Made by a program: the position numbers and the translations under genes. Under the pieces are notes generated by a model. The model was not told where the DNA came from. It did no database searches and was given only the letters and a program-made list of their open reading frames with translations. Shown here piece by piece: positions 33,133-40,192 of a DNA stretch of 40,192 nucleotides. Source of the DNA: a virus (Duplodnaviria > Caudoviricetes); the IMG/VR virus record IMGVR_UViG_3300043579_000144, positions 1-40,192 of that record, one strand, 5' to 3'. Each line of letters opens with the position of its first letter. The first letter of the stretch is position 1.

Positions 33133-33402
33133 ATGAGGAAGCCCTGGATGGTGGTTCGGTGGGTGCACCGCGGTGTGTACGCGAACTATACCGTGGAACC
33201 TACGATGACGGCCGCGGAGCTGCGCGCAGAGTGGAATGACCCGGCCATGGTCATCGTCAGCAAGCACGCCACGGAGCAGGAAGCCCTGGACATCGTGGCC
33301 GGCCGCGGCAGCTGCACGTGCCTGAAGGGGCGCCTGGGTGACCGCATCGGCCTGGACTGCCCGCGCTGCGCGCATGAGCGCAAGCTGTCAGGTGGGATGT
33401 GA
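33133..33402 (+). CDS. Hypothetical early protein with CxC..CxxC motif
   Basis: GGAGG RBS after promoter C. Confidence 0.65.
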   Translation: MRKPWMVVRWVHRGVYANYTVEPTMTAAELRAEWNDPAMVIVSKHATEQEALDIVAGRGSCTCLKGRLGDRIGLDCPRCAHERKLSGGM

Positions 33403-33581
33403 GCCTCCGCACCCAGGCGCTCACGCAGCTGGAGCGCAAGGTCACCCGCCTGGCCAGGGAGTACCGCCTGGCCTCGCGGGACGGCGCGATGATGGACGTG
33501 TTGCTGGTGTACCGCACGCTGGAGTCAGCCATGCGCGACCTGCGCCGGATTCGGGGACCGCTTCCCCGCGAGGAGGATTGA
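33399..33581 (+). CDS. Hypothetical early protein
   Basis: GTGA coupling; helical. Confidence 0.55.
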   Translation: MSLRTQALTQLERKVTRLAREYRLASRDGAMMDVLLVYRTLESAMRDLRRIRGPLPREED

Positions 33582-33582
33582 G

Positions 33583-33780
33583 ATGGCCAGCCGTTGGTTC
33601 CTGGTGTCGGACCCGCGCACGCCGGTGCTGTTCGGATGCCAGCGCAGGAGCGTGCTGGAGGTGTTCGCCGGCAGCTCGCCGGAGGATGCGGCCGCGGAGG
33701 TGAGCATGAACCTGGTGCAGGAGTACCCGTCCGAGACGGCAGCGGAGGCCGCCCTGGATTCCTGGGCGCGCCCCAGGTGA
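33583..33780 (+). CDS. Hypothetical early protein
   Basis: GAGGA RBS and ATG start. Confidence 0.55.
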   Translation: MASRWFLVSDPRTPVLFGCQRRSVLEVFAGSSPEDAAAEVSMNLVQEYPSETAAEAALDSWARPR

Positions 33781-34019
33781 CCGCCACCTGGCGCACGCCG
33801 GCCCGACTGGCGCGCCTGGTCCAAACCTTCAAGCTGGGCGCGGAGCTGGCCAGGAAGCAGGGACACTACGGTGACGCGGAGCGGTGGCAGAACCTGGTCA
33901 CCGCCCTGCACAATCCGTCCGAGGCCCTGGGCGGGGTGGTCCTGCTGGAGCTGGACCGCCTGCGTGACCTGCTGGGCATCGTGGAGGTGCCGCCAGGGAG
34001 GCGCCCAGCTCCGGGCTAG
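33777..34019 (+). CDS. Hypothetical early protein
   Basis: GTGA coupling; its stop overlaps the convergent terL stop (CTAG). Confidence 0.55.
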   Translation: MTATWRTPARLARLVQTFKLGAELARKQGHYGDAERWQNLVTALHNPSEALGGVVLLELDRLRDLLGIVEVPPGRRPAPG

Positions 34020-35893
34020 TAGCGGTTGACCCAGCCGCCAGGGCGCGGACGTTGCCGCGGTTTGCCGATGCGCCGCGGTGCGCTCACGTCCCTGGCGGCA
34101 GGCTCGCCCTCCGCCGCCTCCTCGCCCTCCAGCGGCTTGCTCCACTCAGCTGCGCGCTCCGGAAGGGAGCGGATGAGCTGCGCGCCCGCGATGTGCAGAC
34201 ACGCCAGGCTGTACACCTCCAGGTCAAATGCCTCATTGCGCTCCCGCAGCTTGACCCACTCGCGCACCAGGCCGCGCTTTTTGTCATACTTCCGGATGGC
34301 CTTCTCCGCGGTGAGCTGCGCCAGGTACTCCTCATCCACCCAGCTGGGGAGGTGCATGAACCCAGGCCCTGGGTCCCGGACCCGGAGCCGGCCTGCCACC
34401 TGGTCCTTCCCCGTGTCCACACACAGGACGAACAGCGGCACGCGGTATCGGTTCGTGGTGGTGGGGCGCTCCACCAGCGGCCGGCCGGTCAGGGACCCGC
34501 CCTTGATGGGGTAGAATCCCCACGCCTGGCGCGCCTTGCAGTAGCGGTACACCTGCTCCGTGTGAGCGCCGCCGGAGTCAATCACGGCGCGTTCCACGTG
34601 GAACGTCCGCCCGCTCGCGTGCCGGAATCCCTGGGTGAGGAAGGTGTCCAGCTCGCGCCACACCGTTTCCCTGGACGGGTCCCCGTGGAGCTGGGAGAAC
34701 GCCACCAGCCACGATTCCTCACCGCCGCCCCAGCCCTTCACCTGGACCTCCAGGCGGTCACCCTGGACGTCCACCGCGGCCGTCAGGAATCCCACGCCGT
34801 GGGGCAGCTCCGCCGCGTACACCTCCAGCCTGGCGGCCAGGTCGCCGGCTCCGATGGATTCACCGCGCTCCTCCCAGGACTCACCCAGCACCGTGTTCAC
34901 CCACGTTTTCAGGCGGAACGGGTCCTCGCGTGCGGCCAGGAACTCCGCCACGCACTCCGCCCAGGACTTCCAGCCAGGCGGTGAGAGCATGGACGGGATG
35001 TGGTACCCGTGCGTGCGCCCGTCACCAGGCGCGGTGGGGCGCCACTCCCCGCCTTCCAGCATGGCCGCTTTGAACCGCTCCGGGATGAGGCCGGTGCAGC
35101 TGACGCAGCACAGCGCCGCCGTCTCCGGCTTGCCAGGCTCCCATCGGATGTTTTCCCACCGCACGAAATCCCAGGCGCCGCACAGGGGGCAGCGCAGGAA
35201 GTAGCGGCGCTGGTCGCTGGCCAGGTACTCGCGCTCTATGCGGGACAGGCCCTTGATGGTGGGGGTGCTGGTCATCAGGATTTTCCGCCTGGCGAACGTG
35301 GTGGTGCGTTTCTCAGCCAGGCTCACCGGGTCACCCTGGCCGTCCAGGTCGCCGGGGTACTCATCCACCTCATCCAGGAACAGGTTGCGGATGGGCATGG
35401 AGCGCAGGCCCGCGGCGCTGTTCGCACCGGTGATGATGAGCAGGCCGCCGTCAAACTCCTTGACCAGCATGGTGTTTCCGCTGTCCTTGGACCTGGCCTC
35501 CTTCACCTTGACGCGCAGCCTGGGTGACGCCTCAATCATGGGGGCGATGCGCTGCTTGGACACCCGCTTGGCCACCTCCACGGTGGGCTGGACGATGAGC
35601 ATGGGAGCCGGAGCCTGGTCAATCACGTATCCGGTCCAGTTGTTCCCGCCCTCCGTCTTGCCCACCTGGGCGCCGGCCATGACCACCACCCGCTCCGTGG
35701 TGTTCGTCACGCTCAGGTCATCCATGATGGCGCGCATGTACGGGGTGCGGTCCGTGCGCCAGCGGCCAGGCTCCGCCGATGCCTTGGGGGACAGGATGCG
35801 GAACGCGTCCGCCCACTCCGATAGGGTCATGACCGGCTCCGGCTCCATGCCGGCGCAGAACGCTTGGAGGGTCATGACCTCCACATCGGTCAC
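34016..35893 (-). CDS. terL: Terminase large subunit, lambda GpA family
   Basis: LSEWAD, EPGRW..RTPY, Walker A AQVGKTE, Walker B LFLDEVD, STPT, WVNTVLGESW, VDVQ.DRLE, DSGG and RNEAFD motifs. Confidence 0.96.
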   Translation of the reverse strand: MTDVEVMTLQAFCAGMEPEPVMTLSEWADAFRILSPKASAEPGRWRTDRTPYMRAIMDDLSVTNTTERVVVMAGAQVGKTEGGNNWTGYVIDQAPAPMLIVQPTVEVAKRVSKQRIAPMIEASPRLRVKVKEARSKDSGNTMLVKEFDGGLLIITGANSAAGLRSMPIRNLFLDEVDEYPGDLDGQGDPVSLAEKRTTTFARRKILMTSTPTIKGLSRIEREYLASDQRRYFLRCPLCGAWDFVRWENIRWEPGKPETAALCCVSCTGLIPERFKAAMLEGGEWRPTAPGDGRTHGYHIPSMLSPPGWKSWAECVAEFLAAREDPFRLKTWVNTVLGESWEERGESIGAGDLAARLEVYAAELPHGVGFLTAAVDVQGDRLEVQVKGWGGGEESWLVAFSQLHGDPSRETVWRELDTFLTQGFRHASGRTFHVERAVIDSGGAHTEQVYRYCKARQAWGFYPIKGGSLTGRPLVERPTTTNRYRVPLFVLCVDTGKDQVAGRLRVRDPGPGFMHLPSWVDEEYLAQLTAEKAIRKYDKKRGLVREWVKLRERNEAFDLEVYSLACLHIAGAQLIRSLPERAAEWSKPLEGEEAAEGEPAARDVSAPRRIGKPRQRPRPGGWVNRY

Positions 35894-36405
35894 AGGCTGG
35901 CCCACCTGGTCACTTCCTCGCACAGCCGCTGGACCTCATCCACCAGCGCCTTGTGGACCTCCTCCGTGGGGCGCATGGCCAGCGCCGCGGCCAGGCGGTC
36001 CGGCATCGCGGCCAGCAGGTCCCTGGTCCGCCGGCCGGTGTTGAATGCCGCCTGGCGCGCCTGCTCACGGTCCACCAGCTTGCCGGATTTCTCCTCGTAC
36101 TCCAGGCGCACCAGGCGGGCGCTGTACGCCTCGCGCAGGGAGCGGCTGGCCACCATGGCCTCATTGGCCGCGGACCGCTGGGCGGGTGCCCCACGCCTCC
36201 CCCTGGGGTGGCCGTTGACTACCGGCGGGGGTGCCGCGGCCTCCGCCAGGGGCATGTTCAGCCTGGGCGGCCAGTCCATGTTCGCCTGGTCGGTGTCCAC
36301 CATGCCGTCCGGATTCACCCTCACCACGCCCCGCTTGATGGCCTTGGCCACCGCCTGGCGGCTCACGCCCCGCTGGCGTGCGTACTCGGATTGGGTGACC
36401 AGCAC
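35890..36405 (-). CDS. terS: Terminase small subunit (Nu1-like)
   Basis: N-terminal HTH SEYARQRGVSRQAV.KAIK.G, then RLEYEEKSGKLVDRE..RDLL..PDRLA; directly upstream of terL. Confidence 0.85.
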   Translation of the reverse strand: MLVTQSEYARQRGVSRQAVAKAIKRGVVRVNPDGMVDTDQANMDWPPRLNMPLAEAAAPPPVVNGHPRGRRGAPAQRSAANEAMVASRSLREAYSARLVRLEYEEKSGKLVDREQARQAAFNTGRRTRDLLAAMPDRLAAALAMRPTEEVHKALVDEVQRLCEEVTRWASL

Positions 36406-36999
36406 CTAGCCCTCCTGGGCAGGCGGAGCCAGGTAGAACTCCAGCTGGCAATGCGGACACTTGACCTGGGTGAGCTGGTCACGCGCCGGCCCCTGGCCAG
36501 CAGCGGCTTCCGTGCCGCCGCCACCGTCCTGGTCCTGGCCAGGGTCCGTGCCGGCGCGCTCCAGCTCCTGGATGCCGGCGGATGCCTGCTGCTCCAGGCG
36601 CTCCAGCTCCGCGTCCGAGATTCCCGCCAGGACCGTCAGCTCCTCATCCTGGATGCCCTCCATGTGTCCGGCCAGGAGCCGCGGGTCCCATCCGGATTTG
36701 AGCGCGATGGCGTTATGACCCACCACGAATGCGCGCTTTTCCTCCTCCGTCAGGTGCGTCACCTCGATGACGGGGACCTGCTTGAGGCCCATGTGGAGCG
36801 CGGCCGCGTAGCGCAGGTGGCCGGCCAGGATGCCGTTCTGTTCGTCCACCACGATGGGGTCCGTCCACCCGAACCGGCGCATGAGCCTGGCCATGGTCAC
36901 CACCTGGTCCTGGGTGTGCGTGCGCGGGTTGCGGAAGTACGGGGACAGCTTCGCAATCGGCCACAGCGTCACACCCTCCGGCATACGCACGCCGCTCAT
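36406..36999 (-). CDS. ParB/Srx N-terminal domain protein
   Basis: LSPYFRNPRTH, FGWTDPIVVD..ILAGH.RY.AA, VPVI; C-terminal CPHC. Confidence 0.85.
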   Translation of the reverse strand: MSGVRMPEGVTLWPIAKLSPYFRNPRTHTQDQVVTMARLMRRFGWTDPIVVDEQNGILAGHLRYAAALHMGLKQVPVIEVTHLTEEEKRAFVVGHNAIALKSGWDPRLLAGHMEGIQDEELTVLAGISDAELERLEQQASAGIQELERAGTDPGQDQDGGGGTEAAAGQGPARDQLTQVKCPHCQLEFYLAPPAQEG

Positions 37000-37493
37000 A
37001 GGGGCAGCTCCGGCGCACGATGCTGCCGGCGCTGTGCGGCACGCCGCCCGGCCAGCGCCTTCGTCTCCGCCTTGTGACACGGGACGCACAGCGTGCGGTA
37101 GTTTTCCAGCGCGTGTGTTCCACCCTCAGCCAGCGGCACCACGTGGTCAGCCTCCCATAGGTTCGGCACTACCCATGCCCACACGTACACCTTGAGTCCC
37201 CAGGCCCGCAGCAGCAGCTCAAATGCGGCCTTGTCCTCCAGCGGATACCTCAGCCTGCGTGCTATCCGCTCCATCAGTCCGGTGTCGCATCCGCACCCGG
37301 CGCACACGCCCTTGTCCCGCGCCCACACCTTCCGCCTGGCGTACACGGACAGCGCCATGTAATGCGAGTCCCGGCACGGGTCACCGCACCAGGTTTGCCG
37401 TCCCTTCGGCACCTCACCGCCACACCCGCGACACGGCCGCTTACCGTTCGGCATCAGCGTGCGTGCTTGCGGCGGCAGCGTCCTGGGTTTCAC
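36996..37493 (-). CDS. HNH endonuclease
   Basis: RDKGVCAGCG...WEADHVVPLAEGG...ENYRTLCVPCH; N-terminal CxxC..C...C. Confidence 0.88.
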   Translation of the reverse strand: MKPRTLPPQARTLMPNGKRPCRGCGGEVPKGRQTWCGDPCRDSHYMALSVYARRKVWARDKGVCAGCGCDTGLMERIARRLRYPLEDKAAFELLLRAWGLKVYVWAWVVPNLWEADHVVPLAEGGTHALENYRTLCVPCHKAETKALAGRRAAQRRQHRAPELPL

Positions 37494-37999
37494 GCCACCC
37501 TCCGCTTGTGTTCCGCGATGAGCTGCGCCAGGGACTCCATGCTGCGCAGCTCACCAGGCGGGACGAAGTACAGCACCCGCCCACCGCTGCACACGCGCAG
37601 GTATTTCGGCACCTGGCAGCTGGCCACCATCTGCCAGCCCACCAGGCGGAATCCGCCAGGCGCGTGAGACGGGTGCACCAGGACCGCCGCGTGCCGGGAG
37701 TTGTCGGACGGCCGCACGGACAGGTCCCCCTTGCCAGGGTCCGGACGGAACCGGACACCGATGGAGCGCCCCACGTCCGCCTCACGGAATCGCCCCAGCT
37801 CGCGGCCGCGCCAGGGCAGGCCGGCCCACTTCGCCACCGCCAGCTCCGCCGCGTGCCCACCCAGCGCACGCTCAGCCGGCGCCGGCCCCCACTGTCCGAA
37901 CGGGTCACGCAGTCCCTTGTCCCGGACTTCGGCCAGCATCTGCGCCACCACCTCGCGCACGTCCTTCAGCTCCTCATCCGTCAGCGTCACGTGGACCAC
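37490..37999 (-). CDS. Putative PD-(D/E)xK-like nuclease-fold protein
   Basis: G.AAELAVAK...ADVG..I.VR...LVGW..YFVP..L pattern of a common phage family; catalytic residues look degenerate. Confidence 0.55.
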   Translation of the reverse strand: MVHVTLTDEELKDVREVVAQMLAEVRDKGLRDPFGQWGPAPAERALGGHAAELAVAKWAGLPWRGRELGRFREADVGRSIGVRFRPDPGKGDLSVRPSDNSRHAAVLVHPSHAPGGFRLVGWQMVASCQVPKYLRVCSGGRVLYFVPPGELRSMESLAQLIAEHKRRVA

Positions 38000-38186
38000 T
38001 GTTTGCCTCCCTGGCGTAGAGAACTCCGGCGCGCTCCTGGTACTCGTACCCGTCCTGCGTTGGACCCACGCACGCGCAGTCCGCGAAATGGTCCACGTGC
38101 ACGGGGCACCACGGTTCACCGCATCCGCCACACGGCAGCAGGTCAGCCGCGTACACCACGCGCACCCACTTCCTGGCGCGCTTCAC
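37974..38186 (-). CDS. Cys-rich hypothetical protein (CxxC..CxxH..H..CxC)
   Basis: GTGA coupling; VVYAADLLPCGGCGEPWCPVHVDHFADCAC. Confidence 0.55.
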   Translation of the reverse strand: MKRARKWVRVVYAADLLPCGGCGEPWCPVHVDHFADCACVGPTQDGYEYQERAGVLYAREANSGPRDADG

Positions 38187-38377
38187 CACCACCGCCGTCC
38201 CAGCACCAGGTCCAGCGTGTACTGCTTCGCCTTCGCCCAGTCGCTGCATGTCTGCATGTGTTCGCTCAGCGCCTGGTCCGCCATGCGAGAGCGGAACCCA
38301 CGCGCACACCCTGGACATATCAGCCGCGCCGGCAGCCACAGCGAGCACGTGGCCTCAGCAAGCATGGCCTCCGTCAT
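38183..38377 (-). CDS. Small Zn-finger-like protein (CxxC..H...C)
   Basis: CPGCARGF...LSEHMQTC; ATGA coupling. Confidence 0.55.
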   Translation of the reverse strand: MTEAMLAEATCSLWLPARLICPGCARGFRSRMADQALSEHMQTCSDWAKAKQYTLDLVLGRRWW

Positions 38378-38601
38378 GACTGCTCGCTCCGCCGCGCCAG
38401 CTCACGCTCCAGGTCCGACACCTGGCGGCGCAGCGCCACCAGCTCGCGCCCCACCGCGTCCTTCTCCAGGGACACCAGCTGCGTGGGAGCCTGCTCATGC
38501 GATGCGCACTTGTCGCGTGCGTGCGTGACCGCTACCTGCACCGCATACACCTGCTCCGGCAACGCCCACGCTCCGCACTTGCACCTGTCCGTGTCGCCCA
38601 T
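38374..38601 (-). CDS. Hypothetical protein (CxCG..H...C plus coiled coil)
   Basis: GGAGG RBS and ATG start. Confidence 0.5.
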   Translation of the reverse strand: MGDTDRCKCGAWALPEQVYAVQVAVTHARDKCASHEQAPTQLVSLEKDAVGRELVALRRQVSDLERELARRSEQS

Positions 38602-38709
38602 CGTTCCCTCCGCCTGGTTCACTCGCCTTGCATTCCGGGACCGCTTACACCCGCCTGGCGCTCTCTCCACTCCTCCCACGTCAGATAAGGTTTCTCGCGG
38701 TCCCGTATG

Positions 38710-39939
38710 TCACTCGCCCCACAGGAAAACCGCGTCCTTCGCCGGCACGCTCAGCACGCTGTCCGGCACCGTCTGTCCAATCCGCTTCCATCGCGGGTTC
38801 AGCGCCTGCTGCGTGATGAGGCTGCTGGTGGGATTCACGCCAACCACGCCGTGCTGGAAAAATCGGATGTAGAGGCCGCTGGACATTTTCACCCACGCGC
38901 TCAGCGCATCGCCCAGCCAGCCCACGGATTTCCCGGTGTAGTCCGGTTTCCCGTTCGCGTCCACGCTCCACTCATCGAACCACCACGTGCCTGGCCACGG
39001 CTGTCCGCCTGGGCTCACCTCCTGCGCTCCGTACGTCAGCGTGGCGCCGGTCAGACACGCGGTGCCAAGCGCGAACCGCATGGCGCGTTTGTCCGCGAAC
39101 GTGCCCTCGCTCTTGAGCCAGTCCCCGTCCTTTTGCTTCAGCGCGTTTGCGAACGAACCGGTGACCAGGGCATCAGGGAATCCCTCCACCAGGGTGCCGT
39201 CCAGGCCGCAGCGTTCCGCACCGGTGCCGTTGCCGTAGCAGCGGAACCCGTACGGCATTTCCTCGCGCAGCCGTCGCACCATCGCGCTCATGTTCTGCAC
39301 GCGCACCTGGTCCGTGAACTCATTGCCCACCGGCACCCAGGACGCGACGGGTGAGAAGTAGTCCCCGAAGAATCCGCGCACGCGAGCGCGCTGCGAACCC
39401 CACACCAGGAGCCGCGCCATTTCGTCAATCGTGGGCTTCCGCCCCACGTTCACCTGGTACTCCCGCGGAGCGCCGGCAATGAATCCGCCCGTGGCCTGGA
39501 GGCCCTTGTGCCAGTACGCGTCAAACGATTTATCGCTCGCATTCACGGGGAAATCCGGAGCCAGCCACCAGCTGCATGTGTGGTGGTAGCCGCTGATTTC
39601 GATGTCAGCCCGGAACGTGATGAGCGTTGGGATGATGGCCGGCGAGATAAGCAGCGCGTTCAGGTCCAGCGCCACCTTCGGGAACCGGGCGAAGTCCCGG
39701 CACACCGCGCTGTCCACGGTGCCGTCCGCCTTCACCAGGGGTGCACCGCCGGAGCGCACGCCCACGTACGCCCCCACCCTGGGGTGGCCGTTGCCTGCCG
39801 CCTGGGCGGTAGACGGACCAGCCACTCCGCAGCTGGACGCCAGGAGCGCGACCAGCGCCAGGCCCATCAGCCAGGCCCACGGCTGGCCCGCCCGCCGCCA
39901 CACCGCCACCCTCACCGAATCCATCCCCCGTCCGTTCAC
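38710..39939 (-). CDS. Secreted / membrane-anchored putative glycoside hydrolase (GHL15-like TIM barrel)
   Basis: Signal-like segment WLMGLALVALLASSC..AQA; GFFGDYF, LDGTLVEGFP, MRFALGTACL, WWFDEW..GWLG and YIRFFQHGVVGVNPT resemble hypothetical GH family 15 (PF14885-like) proteins. Confidence 0.6.
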   Translation of the reverse strand: MNGRGMDSVRVAVWRRAGQPWAWLMGLALVALLASSCGVAGPSTAQAAGNGHPRVGAYVGVRSGGAPLVKADGTVDSAVCRDFARFPKVALDLNALLISPAIIPTLITFRADIEISGYHHTCSWWLAPDFPVNASDKSFDAYWHKGLQATGGFIAGAPREYQVNVGRKPTIDEMARLLVWGSQRARVRGFFGDYFSPVASWVPVGNEFTDQVRVQNMSAMVRRLREEMPYGFRCYGNGTGAERCGLDGTLVEGFPDALVTGSFANALKQKDGDWLKSEGTFADKRAMRFALGTACLTGATLTYGAQEVSPGGQPWPGTWWFDEWSVDANGKPDYTGKSVGWLGDALSAWVKMSSGLYIRFFQHGVVGVNPTSSLITQQALNPRWKRIGQTVPDSVLSVPAKDAVFLWGE

Positions 39940-39966
39940 GCCGGCCTCCTGCCAGGTGTGCCAGGT

Positions 39967-40015
39967 GTCACTCCGCGTCACGCGACGTCACGCACCCGTC
40001 ACGCTACCGTGTGAC
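39967..40015. repeat. Phased GTCAC(G) repeats identical to the ori iteron core
   Basis: GTCAC at 39967, 39977, 39987 and 39998 (spacing 10, 10, 11), plus an inverted GTGAC at 40011. Confidence 0.7.
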
Positions 40016-40040
40016 ACCCAGCGGTCCAAATCGCGCCCGC

Positions 40041-40147
40041 CCCTAACCCGTGCAGCTGCAACGATTCCCGCGCCCGCTCGCGCCAGCCGGACCCTAACCC
40101 TGATTCATGCTGCTAACACGCATCCCGCATCCCGTTGCCAGGCAACC
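40041..40147. promoter_or_regulatory. Candidate cosB region (terminase binding sites)
   Basis: CCCTAACCC twice (40041, 40092) and a GTTGCC-A-GGCAAC palindrome at 40134-40146, inside the terminus on the terS side. Confidence 0.4.
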
Positions 40148-40180
40148 ATTTCCAAAGGCTGACGCTAGCGGAAGGCCGCG

Positions 40181-40192
40181 CCCGCCGGTACC
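40181..40192. repeat. Terminal direct repeat / probable cohesive end, right copy
   Basis: Identical to 1-12. Confidence 0.8.

Noticed and set aside
36406-36999. ParB gene as evidence for a plasmid-prophage lifestyle
   Set aside because: N-terminal ParB/Srx domain only, next to terS as in many tailed phages; no ParA or parS array seen.
1-40192. tRNA or rRNA genes
   Set aside because: No cloverleaf with T-loop GTTCGA and acceptor stem was recognised in the few intergenic gaps; tRNAscan-SE would settle it.

Overview
The window looks like a complete ~40.2 kb, high-GC, lambda-like siphovirus genome, linearised at its cos site. The first and last 12 nt are identical (CCCGCCGGTACC) and sit in a lambda-cos-like context. 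Almost all genes are on the minus strand. From the right end they are: a secreted putative glycoside hydrolase, small Zn-finger/nuclease/HNH/ParB genes, terS and GpA-type terL. A ~6.8 kb divergent island of small accessory genes (including DUF932), driven by six near-identical promoter/leader modules, follows. Next come gpW-like, lambda portal, protease-capsid fusion, decoration, neck, tail tube, a frameshifted chaperone pair, a tape measure with an unusual 16-aa Pro/Val repeat, tail tip genes, a displaced gpZ-like gene and the lysis genes. The left end holds a Cro-like regulator, YqaJ/RecT-like recombination genes, NinG, an initiator with an internal ori, a DnaC-like loader, a CsrA-like gene and small hypotheticals. 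I found no integrase, CI repressor, methyltransferase, tRNA or CRISPR array. The best candidates for something new are (1) the modular promoter-cassette island splitting terL from the head genes, possibly controlled by the phage's own Cro-like and tandem CsrA-like proteins, (2) the proline-rich beta-type repeat in the tape measure, and (3) a second copy of the ori iteron array next to cos. All family calls come from motif recognition by eye, not from database searches.
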